Positions 49,384-58,174 of a DNA stretch of 64,000 nucleotides are shown piece by piece (position 1 is the first letter of the stretch; the number at the start of each line of letters is the position of its first letter). Below the pieces are notes generated by a model. The model had not been told where the DNA came from and searched no databases. It saw nothing but the letters and a program-made list of their open reading frames with translations. This stretch comes from Bacilli bacterium (GTDB lineage: Bacteria > Bacillota_I > Bacilli_A > RF39 > UBA660). The stretch lies in the NCBI GenBank assembly GCA_017435255.1, contig JAFSFI010000001.1, positions 40,055-104,054 of the forward strand. Direction: 5' to 3'. Made by a program: the position numbers and the translations under genes.

Positions 49384-50159
49384 GTGAATTATTATAATGA
49401 GATTAAAAATGAATTAATAAACAATGAGATAAATAGAAAAATAAAAAGTCATTCGATAAATAAAAGTGATTTAAATACTTATTATAATGTTGGTAAAATT
49501 TTAAGTGAGGCCGGAAAACATTATGGCGAAGGAATAATAAAAGAATATTCAGAAAGATTAACTTTAGAGGTTGGTCAAGGATATGGAATTTCAAATTTAA
49601 AAAGAATGAGACAATTTTATTATATGATTGAAAAAGGTGTTGCGGTGCCACACCAATTAAGTTGGTCACATGTTTTGGCTATATTGCCCATAGAAAATAC
49701 AAAAAACAAATTAATTAGTAATAAAGAAATAAGTATAATGGATTTTGTTAAAAGTCCCATATTGATTAAGAATAGTTGCAATTATGAAAATTTATCTGAA
49801 AAAGTTTTACAAAAACTGATTCTTGAAGATATAGAAATGTTTATGAAAGAACTTGGGAATTCATTTAGTTTTATTGGAAGCAAATATAAAATTAGAATAG
49901 GAACAATTTTAATTATATAGATTTATTACTTTTTAATATTGAATATAATTGTTATGTAGTTGTTGAATTAAAAGTAATAGAATTAAAAAAAGAACATATC
50001 GGACAAATTCAAGTGTATATGAATTATATAGATGAGAATTTAAGAAAAATTAATCAAGATAAAACTATTGGAATAATAATTTGTAAACAAGATAATAAAT
50101 ATGTAATTAAATATTGTTCAGACGATAGAATTATTGCAAGAGAATATGAATTAGTGTGA
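49384..50159 (+). pseudogene. DUF1016/YhcG PD-(D/E)xK nuclease family pseudogene
   Basis: N-terminal YYNVGKIL..YGEGII..LSWSH. -1 frameshift at ~49902; continuation NFNYIDLLLFN..VVVELKV..HIGQIQVYMNY..TIGIIICK ends TGA 50159. Probable internal in-frame deletion after SWSH. Confidence 0.85.
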
Positions 50160-50185
50160 TAAAATATAGTAGGAGAGGGTTATTT

Positions 50186-50716
50186 ATGAAAATAGATAAA
50201 GTTGTTACTGGATATTTAGAAGGAAATTGTTATATTTTAACTATTGATAATGAATCATTAATCATAGATCCTGGAGATGATTATCATTTGATAAAAGAAA
50301 AGTTAGGAAAAAATAAAGTTATAGGTATACTTTTAACTCATAGCCATTTTGATCATACTGGGGCAGTAGAAAAAATATTGGAAGATTATAATACTCAGGT
50401 ATATGCCTTTGATAATTTATCTGAGGGTTCGTTTAAAATAAAAAACTTTACCTTCGAAGTTGTTTATACACCTGGTCATACGGCTGATTCTATAAGTTTT
50501 TATTTTGAACAAGAAAAAATAATGTTTACTGGGGATTTTCTATTTAAAGAGAGTATTGGTAGATGTGATTTACCAACAGGAAGTATTGATCAGATGAAAA
50601 AAAGCCTTAATAAAATAAATAAGTATAGCAATGATGTTATTATTTATCCTGGACATGGAGATGAAACGACACTTCTATATGAAAGAAGTAATAATCAATA
50701 TTTATTTACGAAATAA
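50186..50716 (+). CDS. MBL-fold metallo-hydrolase (YqgX-like)
   Basis: LTHSHFDHTGA, TPGHTADS, FTGDFLF, YPGHG. Confidence 0.92.
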   Translation: MKIDKVVTGYLEGNCYILTIDNESLIIDPGDDYHLIKEKLGKNKVIGILLTHSHFDHTGAVEKILEDYNTQVYAFDNLSEGSFKIKNFTFEVVYTPGHTADSISFYFEQEKIMFTGDFLFKESIGRCDLPTGSIDQMKKSLNKINKYSNDVIIYPGHGDETTLLYERSNNQYLFTK

Positions 50717-50757
50717 AAAGTTTATGATATATTTAAATATAGTAAAGAGGTGGTAAC

Positions 50758-51066
50758 ATGTATATAGATTTAATTATAGTTTTAGTTTTATTAGCGTTAG
50801 TTATTTTTTGTTTTAGAAAGTTTTCTTCATTTGTTTATTCTGTGGCAATAATAGATATATTTTTAAGAATATTGACTTTTATAAAATATAATAGTGTACC
50901 AGAATTAAAAAGTTTAATTGGGAAATATTTTCCAGAATCTATTCCAAGTATTATTGCTAAATATTCGGATGGAATATTTTATACAATACTAATGTGGGCT
51001 TATGTAGGAATATTTACTGTATTTTTGGTTTATACAATTAAATATTTTTGGAAAAAAAGAAAATAA
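50758..51066 (+). CDS. Small membrane protein, unknown function
   Basis: Three hydrophobic segments, RBS GAGGTGG, basic C-terminus. Confidence 0.75.
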   Translation: MYIDLIIVLVLLALVIFCFRKFSSFVYSVAIIDIFLRILTFIKYNSVPELKSLIGKYFPESIPSIIAKYSDGIFYTILMWAYVGIFTVFLVYTIKYFWKKRK

Positions 51067-51089
51067 AAAAAGCATTATTAAATGCTTTT

Positions 51090-51638
51090 TTATATTGGTC
51101 TATATTTGTCTTTATCCTTATAAGGATTATTTTTATCTATGTGATCAATAAATAGTATTCCGTTTAAATGATCTATTTCATGTTGAAATGCAATTGCTAA
51201 TTCTTCACGTGCTCTAATTTGAATTTTTCTACCTTCAGTATCATATCCTTCTACTGTAATTCTAGCATATCTTGGTACTATTCCACATGTTTCTCTATTT
51301 ATACTTAAACATCCTTCGCCATCTTCAACATATATCTTTTCTAAAGAAGAACTTACTATTTTGGGATTAACTATTACATAATTATCAAAAATACCATCAT
51401 CAACTTCATGTACAATTGTTAAATAACGCTTAGGTATACCCAGTTGAATAGCAGCAAGTCCCATTCCTGGACGCAAATCATATTTTTCAGCTTTTTCTTC
51501 TATTTGACTATTTGTTAAGTATTCAATCATTAAATCAATTGTATTTAAATCTTCTTTGGACATTGGAAAAGTTACTTCTTTACTAACTGTTCTTAATATT
51601 TTATTTTTTTCATCTACTATATCTTTAGTTTTTAGCAT
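51090..51638 (-). CDS. def: Peptide deformylase
   Basis: GMGLAAIQLG, EGCLSI, HEIDHLNG. Confidence 0.97.
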   Translation of the reverse strand: MLKTKDIVDEKNKILRTVSKEVTFPMSKEDLNTIDLMIEYLTNSQIEEKAEKYDLRPGMGLAAIQLGIPKRYLTIVHEVDDGIFDNYVIVNPKIVSSSLEKIYVEDGEGCLSINRETCGIVPRYARITVEGYDTEGRKIQIRAREELAIAFQHEIDHLNGILFIDHIDKNNPYKDKDKYRPI

Positions 51639-51772
51639 ACAACCACCTCAATAACTTTATTTTAACATAAAATAGTTTAATTATTAATAGTAATAATAAT
51701 TTATTTACACGGTTAAAAATATTATCATGGATTGTTAAAAAATGCAAATAAAAAGAAAAGAGATTATATCTC

Positions 51773-51943
51773 TTATCTTGTGAATCTACAACCGATTACG
51801 ATGACTAATAAAATAAATAAAACTAATATAATAGCGTAAGACGAAGAATTATTGTTATATCCATAATTGTTTCCCCATCCCCATCCACCATAGAATGGGT
51901 AAGTTCCTCCTTGCCCGCAGCAAGAATTTCCACCATAGTACAT
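51773..51943 (-). CDS. YjcZ/SscA family small sporulation protein, 56 aa (not in ORF track)
   Basis: MYYGGNSCCGQGGTYPFYGGWGWGNNYGYNNNSSSYAIILVLFILLVIVIGCRFTR; RBS AGGAGG 7 nt upstream; terminator hairpin downstream. Confidence 0.8.
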   Translation of the reverse strand: MYYGGNSCCGQGGTYPFYGGWGWGNNYGYNNNSSSYAIILVLFILLVIVIGCRFTR

Positions 51944-52118
51944 AGTCATTCCTCCTTTTCATTTTCTAATATAGTTTATTATGAATAACTAATTTTGCTA
52001 CTATATATGACTATAAGTTTTACAAATTTTTGTCAATAAATTAAAAAATAATCTAATTATATTGTTGATAGATTAAAAAAATGTTATCATTATAATGATA
52101 AATGGGATTGGTGATTAT

Positions 52119-52637
52119 ATGAGGATGAATAAAAAATTAATTATTTCATTAGTTCTTTGTATAGGTGTTTTATTCATGGCAGTAGGTTACTCTTTTCTTA
52201 TGACGGAATTAAAAATAAATGGTTCTGCTAGTATATCATCTACTTGGGATATTCGAGTAACTGGTATTTCTGAGACATCTAGAACAGGAAGTGCTTATAA
52301 CATTGAGGAACCAAGATACACCGCTAATACAGCGAAATTTAATGTTGCATTAGTTAATCCAGGGGACTCTATTTCATTTAAAGTAACCATAGAAAACAAA
52401 GGAACCCTAACAGCAATATTAAATAGTATGGATATAACCACAAGTGGAACAAGTGCGATTATTTATGAAGTAACAGGACTTGTTGATGGCGATACTCTTG
52501 CAGCTGGAGAAGTAAAAACTTTATATGTAACGGCTACTTATGATTCTAATCAAATAGCTGATCCTTACGATAGAGTAAAAAGATTAACGGTAGGGCTTGA
52601 TTGGGTTCAATATACCAATCAAGAAATAACAAAATAA
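52119..52637 (+). CDS. Secreted/anchored Ig-like protein, TasA/CalY-like motif
   Basis: AVGYS..ELKINGSA..WDIRVT, FNVALVNPGDSISFKVTIENKG, GDTLAAGE; paralog of 45201..45710. Confidence 0.6.
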   Translation: MRMNKKLIISLVLCIGVLFMAVGYSFLMTELKINGSASISSTWDIRVTGISETSRTGSAYNIEEPRYTANTAKFNVALVNPGDSISFKVTIENKGTLTAILNSMDITTSGTSAIIYEVTGLVDGDTLAAGEVKTLYVTATYDSNQIADPYDRVKRLTVGLDWVQYTNQEITK

Positions 52638-52726
52638 AGATATTGTTATTATGTGTTGTTAAGTAAAAATCATTTTGATTTTTACTTTTTTAAATGTATA
52701 ATAAAGTTACTTACAACTAGAAAGAG

Positions 52727-54922
52727 GTGAATATATTGGAATTTATTAAAGGAAATTTAAAAAAAATATTGTTTCAAGGAGATAATGGATATTTAGTTGG
52801 ACTTTTTAAAATAAAAGAAGCCGATAATGAAAATTTAGATTTAATAAATCAAACAATAACATTCACCGGTTATTTTCATGAATTTAACGATATGGATACA
52901 TATATTTTATATGGTAAATTTGTATTTCATCCAAAATATGGAGAACAATTTCAAACAGAAAATTATGAGCGTTGCAATAAAGAAGATAAAGAATCAATAA
53001 TTGAATTTCTAACTAGTGGACTTTTTAAAGGTATCGGGGAGAAAAAAGCTAAAAAAATTGTAGACGTTTTAGGTAACGATACATTAAAAATCATTTTAGA
53101 AAATCCCGATAACTTACTTCTTGTGCCTACAATAACGAAAAAACAAATAGATATGCTTCACAATACTTTATTAGAATATGAAAGTAGTTACCAAATTATA
53201 TTATATTTAACTGAATTAGGTTTTTCTACTAAAGAGAGTATGATGATTTATAATAAATATAAGTCTAAAACTATGGATATAATTACAAATAATTTATATC
53301 AATTAGTATACGATGTACAAGACTTGACATTTAAAAAAGTAGATATGATATTTTTAAAGAAGGAAAACAATTTAACTGATTCGAGAAGAATAGAAGCAGT
53401 AATTATATATGTTATGAATGAAATGTGTAATATTTGGGGTCATACATATTTATTAATTGAAGATATTTATATAAACTCGATAAAGGTTTTAACTACAAGA
53501 ATAGAAAAAGAAGAATTTATAAATCATTTAAATAATTTAATTTTATCTTCTAAAGTTATAAAAGAAGAAGAAAAATATTATTTATTTGAAATGTATGATG
53601 CGGAAGATTATATTACAAATAGAATTAAATATTTAGTAAATAAAGCTGATATTAAATATAAAAAGTTGGATGAAAAAATATTTGCCATAGAAAATAGTAA
53701 TAATATTAAATATAATGATGAACAATTAGATGCAATTAAGTCTAGTATAAGTAAACACTTTTTAGTTATTACTGGTGGTCCTGGGACAGGAAAAACAACT
53801 ATTATTAAAACAATAGTAGATCTATATCAAGAAATAAATAAATTATCTTATTCAGGTTTGAAGGAAGAAATATCCTTATTAGCGCCAACGGGAAGAGCAA
53901 GTAAAAGAATGAGTGAATCTACAAGTATTCAAGCTTCTACTATTCATAGATTTCTAAAATGGAATAAAGAAAATAATAAATTTGCTGTAAATGAGTACAA
54001 TAAAAGTGATACTAAATTAGTTATTATAGATGAAGCCAGTATGGTTGATGTTAATTTGTTTTTTAGCCTTTTAAAAGGTATAAAGAAAGACGCAAGGATT
54101 ATTTTAGTAGGGGATTATTTCCAACTTCCTAGTGTTGGTCCTGGTCAAGTATTAAAAGATATAATTGAAAGTGATGTTGTACCTGTTGTAAAACTAAATT
54201 ATTTATATAGGCAAAAAGAAGGCTCTAACATTATTAATCTTGCTTATGATATTAATAATGGCAACATAAATGAAGAGATGTTTGAAAGTAAAAATGACTT
54301 GGATTTTTCAGATATAGATTCATCCTTAGTATTAGATAAAATAAAACAGATATGTGTTCATCACAAAAAAAATTCATATAAGGATTTTCAAGTTTTAGTA
54401 CCCATGTATAAAACTGTTAATGGAATTGATAATTTAAATAAAAGTATACAAGAGATATTTAATCCAAAATCACATAAAAAAAATGAATATGTATTAGGGG
54501 ATGTTATATATAGAGAAGGAGATAAAATTCTACAATTAACTAACATGCCGGATGAAAATATATTTAATGGTGATATAGGAATAATTAATTGTATAGACAA
54601 AAAAGAGATAGTAATTGATTTCGATGGCAATTTAGTAAGGTTTACGCCAAGTAATTTTAATAAATTTAAACATGGATATGCAATAAGTATTCACAAATCA
54701 CAAGGAAGCGAGTTTAAAAATGTTGTTATTCCAGTAGTAAATGGTTATGGCAAAATGTTATATAGAAAACTTTATTACACTGCGGTAACTAGAGCAAAAA
54801 AGAAATTGTATATAGTAGGGGAACTTAATGCATTAAAAAAAGCTAGCTTAAATAATAATTCAGATATTAGAAGAACTACAATAAAAGCTAGGTTAATGTC
54901 AAAATTAGCAAAAGAAGAATAA
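52727..54922 (+). CDS. recD2: RecD2 helicase
   Basis: YGEQF, GIGEKKA, TGGPGTGKTT, LAPTGRA, IDEASMV, YAISIHKSQGSEF, YTAVTRAKK. Confidence 0.96.
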   Translation: MNILEFIKGNLKKILFQGDNGYLVGLFKIKEADNENLDLINQTITFTGYFHEFNDMDTYILYGKFVFHPKYGEQFQTENYERCNKEDKESIIEFLTSGLFKGIGEKKAKKIVDVLGNDTLKIILENPDNLLLVPTITKKQIDMLHNTLLEYESSYQIILYLTELGFSTKESMMIYNKYKSKTMDIITNNLYQLVYDVQDLTFKKVDMIFLKKENNLTDSRRIEAVIIYVMNEMCNIWGHTYLLIEDIYINSIKVLTTRIEKEEFINHLNNLILSSKVIKEEEKYYLFEMYDAEDYITNRIKYLVNKADIKYKKLDEKIFAIENSNNIKYNDEQLDAIKSSISKHFLVITGGPGTGKTTIIKTIVDLYQEINKLSYSGLKEEISLLAPTGRASKRMSESTSIQASTIHRFLKWNKENNKFAVNEYNKSDTKLVIIDEASMVDVNLFFSLLKGIKKDARIILVGDYFQLPSVGPGQVLKDIIESDVVPVVKLNYLYRQKEGSNIINLAYDINNGNINEEMFESKNDLDFSDIDSSLVLDKIKQICVHHKKNSYKDFQVLVPMYKTVNGIDNLNKSIQEIFNPKSHKKNEYVLGDVIYREGDKILQLTNMPDENIFNGDIGIINCIDKKEIVIDFDGNLVRFTPSNFNKFKHGYAISIHKSQGSEFKNVVIPVVNGYGKMLYRKLYYTAVTRAKKKLYIVGELNALKKASLNNNSDIRRTTIKARLMSKLAKEE

Positions 54923-55000
54923 ATAATATATCTTTTGATCATAATAATAGTGGTATTCCTAAGAATACTATCATATTTTTGATCAAGAGGTGATAATGAT

Positions 55001-55156
55001 ATGAAAAGAACATGGAAATATTTAGTAGCAGGTGCAGTAGGAGCTGGAGCAGTGGCATTATATAAAAAATATAGTCCCGAAATGATGCATGACATTAAAA
55101 AGTCAGTAAGTAAGATGAGTAAAAACGCTACTAAATCAATCGAAAATATGATGTAA
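55001..55156 (+). CDS. Small 51-aa protein, YrzQ/DUF3918-like (not in ORF track)
   Basis: MKRTWKYLVAGAVGAGAVALYKKYSPEMMHDIKKSVSKMSKNATKSIENMM; RBS GAGGTGA; terminator follows; position after recD2 as in Bacillus. Confidence 0.7.
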   Translation: MKRTWKYLVAGAVGAGAVALYKKYSPEMMHDIKKSVSKMSKNATKSIENMM

Positions 55157-55283
55157 TAAAAAAGCAAGATTATTCTTGCTTTTTTGTATATAAAATGTAA
55201 AGTAACAAAGTTGATTGCTTTTTTAATTGAAAAGACATTATCAGCATTGTATAATAAAAGTATAAGAATAAGGAGGAAATTAA

Positions 55284-56144
55284 ATGGAAAAGAAAAATAA
55301 TAAAGGAGTAGTTATTTCACTATTAATTGTAATAGCAGTGTTAATTGGTTCTATTGCATACATGTTTATAAGTGGAATAGCATCATTTGATATTAAGAAA
55401 AATAATGACAACGAAACAGAAGAAAAAGAAAATAATAAAAACGATATATTAACATTAAATTTGACTGAGACTGAAAAAAAATATTTTATGGAATCTTTAA
55501 TGCCGATATTTGACGAAAAAACATATACATCTACAAATTATGAAATATCCAAACTGTCTAATTTTGATAAAATAATGTTTGCATTATATTTGGAAGATCC
55601 TACCAATAAATGGAATGATATGAAAACCAATTATACTGTCGATGATCTGTTAGAAATTTTGCAAAAATATTTAGGCCCAGGTGCAACTTTTGTGCCAGAA
55701 ACCGTAAAATGTGGTGATCATTATTATTTCGAATATAACAGTCATAACCCATATCATAATAATAAACCAACTATTGAAAAAGATGTTCATTATCATGGCG
55801 GAGTTGAGTATCATTCGGATGCTGTAAATCAGTTTGTTGAAGGAACAATTACTAAAAAGGATGGTCAAATAGCGTATGCTACCGTTAAAGTTAGAAAATC
55901 TTTTGGTGATGCATGCAACGACGAATGTGCAGCAAATGGAAGATATGGAACTGTCGAAGATGCTCTTAATAGAACAAATTTAGTGCTTTCAATTGAAAAT
56001 ATGAAAGATGTTCCTTATAGTGAGTATAACAATTATTATAAAAAAGAAATAGAGCAAAACCCAGATGCATACCCAATTCATACTTATGTATTTAATTATG
56101 AAAATGGTAATTATTACTTAGAAAGCATTACAATTGAAAAATAA
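55284..56144 (+). CDS. Membrane-anchored hypothetical protein
   Basis: Same N-terminal anchor as 16189..16902; ectodomain ends YVFNYENGNYYLESI. Confidence 0.8.
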   Translation: MEKKNNKGVVISLLIVIAVLIGSIAYMFISGIASFDIKKNNDNETEEKENNKNDILTLNLTETEKKYFMESLMPIFDEKTYTSTNYEISKLSNFDKIMFALYLEDPTNKWNDMKTNYTVDDLLEILQKYLGPGATFVPETVKCGDHYYFEYNSHNPYHNNKPTIEKDVHYHGGVEYHSDAVNQFVEGTITKKDGQIAYATVKVRKSFGDACNDECAANGRYGTVEDALNRTNLVLSIENMKDVPYSEYNNYYKKEIEQNPDAYPIHTYVFNYENGNYYLESITIEK

Positions 56145-56269
56145 AAATTTTAAGCTCCGTGTAAATGGAGTTTTTTTTGTAAAGTTTAGTAAAACAAGTA
56201 AATCTTGAAGATTAATATTTAAAAAAATATGTTATATTTAACATATAAGTATGATTGGAGGATTAGGCT

Positions 56270-57445
56270 ATGTTTGGAAGAAAAAAAGAAGATAAAAGTA
56301 TAGATTATCCTAGATTAAATGAAGTCATTAAACTAACTAGAGATATATTAAAGATAGTTTTAATATTAATAGTATTCGTTTTAATAGTTTTGGGGTCATA
56401 TATTTTAAGAGAGTGGAAAATATTTGACATAATAGGAACAATTTTAGGTATAATATCGCCATTCTTTATAGGAATAGTAATTGCATGGCTATTTGATCCG
56501 ATAGTAACATTTATAAGCAAAAGGGGATTAAATAGATTATTATCTACTGCTATAGTGTTTGTATTATTTATTGCCCTAGTTGCGGTAGGAGGAACACTAA
56601 TAGCTCCATCATTAGGAGAACAGATAAATGAAATAATTACAACAGCACCTTCTGTAATAGATAATTTAACTGGATTTTTTAATAACTTTATTAATAATTT
56701 ATCAAACGTATATGGATATGATTTTGATATAGTAAGAGCCAACGTAATAGAAATTTTTAATAACTTAGTATTATCTATTACTGTAGATTTACCGACGATG
56801 TTAATTAATATAGTAAAAGCAATTATAAATGGTGGAATTAACTTTATATTTGGTTTGTTTATTGCATTTTATTTGTTGTTGGACTTTAGAAATGTAAGAA
56901 AACATCTATTAACATTTGTTCCTAAAAGATTGCATGATGAGATAATTGGTTTAACTGATAGATTGAACTCAATGTTAAGAAATTATGTTCAAGGAACTTT
57001 AATTATAATGTTCTTATTATTTATTTGCCAATCAGTGGGATTTACTTTGGCGGGATTAAGAGCACCGTTAGTATTTGGGTTATTCTGTGCCATAACTAAT
57101 ATAATTCCATATTTTGGTCCGTATATAGGTGGAATACCAGCTATTATAGTTGGATTTACTATGGATCCGTTAATTGGAGTATTTTGTTTAGTTTCTGTTA
57201 TAACCTGCCAATTCTTAGAAAGCTATTTCTTAAATCCTGTGGTTATGAGTAAAACTATGAAGTTGCATCCAGTAACAATAATGATTGGACTATTGATATT
57301 TGGACACTTCTTTGGTATACTAGGTATGATTTTATCAACGCCAGTAATATCTTGTGCAAAAGTAGTAATACTTTATTTAAATGAGAAATATCAATTACTA
57401 AATATGATAAATGAAGAAAATGACAATATAGAAATAAAAGAATAA
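56270..57445 (+). CDS. AI-2E family transporter (YrrI/PerM-like)
   Basis: SPFFIGIVIAWLFDP, NIIPYFGPYIG, LESYFLNPVVM, LHPVTIM, GILGMILSTP. Confidence 0.93.
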   Translation: MFGRKKEDKSIDYPRLNEVIKLTRDILKIVLILIVFVLIVLGSYILREWKIFDIIGTILGIISPFFIGIVIAWLFDPIVTFISKRGLNRLLSTAIVFVLFIALVAVGGTLIAPSLGEQINEIITTAPSVIDNLTGFFNNFINNLSNVYGYDFDIVRANVIEIFNNLVLSITVDLPTMLINIVKAIINGGINFIFGLFIAFYLLLDFRNVRKHLLTFVPKRLHDEIIGLTDRLNSMLRNYVQGTLIIMFLLFICQSVGFTLAGLRAPLVFGLFCAITNIIPYFGPYIGGIPAIIVGFTMDPLIGVFCLVSVITCQFLESYFLNPVVMSKTMKLHPVTIMIGLLIFGHFFGILGMILSTPVISCAKVVILYLNEKYQLLNMINEENDNIEIKE

Positions 57446-57449
57446 TGAA

Positions 57450-57630
57450 AAAGAAGAGTATAGTAAAAAGTATTTTAAAGAGAGTTAATGATGGTGGAAA
57501 TTTAACATATACATTACTAGAAAGCTACTTTGGAGTTCTATCGGTAATACCGTTATAAGAATTAAGACCAAAATAGGATGGTACCGCGAATTAGTCGCTC
57601 CTATATTTTGGTCTTTTATATTGAAAGGAG
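57450..57630 (+). ncRNA. T-box riboswitch, Ala specifier (GCU)
   Basis: AAGAGTA, AGAGAG, GGTGGAA, GAAAGCTA (GCT at 57524-57526), stem II, T-box AGGATGGTACCGCG at 57575-57588. Confidence 0.92.
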
Positions 57631-57636
57631 ATTTTT

Positions 57637-58173
57637 ATGAAAATATTTTTAGTTAGTGGAGCATCTCGTAATGGAAAAGATACTATAGGAAATTTTATAC
57701 AAGGGTATTGTGATAAAAATAATATTAAGGTGTGTCGTACACAAATATCTAAATATTTAAAGCAGTATATTAAAGATTATTTTGGGTGGGATGGTAGTGA
57801 AGAGACTAAGCCTAGAACATTATTACAGGAATTAGGGACAGATATTATTAGAGAAAAATTAAATAAGCCTTACTTTTTTGCTAATCGAACTGTTGAAGAT
57901 TTAGAAATTTTAAGTCACTTCTTTGATGTGGCCTTAGTAACTGATATACGTGTTCCTTTAGAAATTGAAACGATTAAAGAAAATTTTGATGATGTGGTTG
58001 TTATTAAAGTAGAAAGAGTTAACTATGAACAAGAAATGACCGCGGAACAGCAAAAACATAAAATTGAAAATGCGATGAATGATTATAATGATTATAAATA
58101 TATTTTGATAAATGATACTCTTGAAAAATTAGAGGAAGATGTAATGGATATTCTTAAGAAAGAAGGTATGTAA
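57637..58173 (+). CDS. P-loop kinase, phage-type deoxynucleoside monophosphate kinase / phosphomevalonate kinase-like
   Basis: SGASRNGKDT, FGWDG, RTLLQELGT, VTDIR..E, KHKIENAMNDY, ILIND. Confidence 0.65.
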   Translation: MKIFLVSGASRNGKDTIGNFIQGYCDKNNIKVCRTQISKYLKQYIKDYFGWDGSEETKPRTLLQELGTDIIREKLNKPYFFANRTVEDLEILSHFFDVALVTDIRVPLEIETIKENFDDVVVIKVERVNYEQEMTAEQQKHKIENAMNDYNDYKYILINDTLEKLEEDVMDILKKEGM

Positions 58174-58174
58174 T

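Noticed and set aside
51950-52020. Sporulation sigma (E/K/G) promoters upstream of the YjcZ-like gene, and likewise near 54935-54975
   Set aside because: CATA-containing half sites exist but spacings do not fit the consensus; the AT-rich background makes such matches likely by chance.
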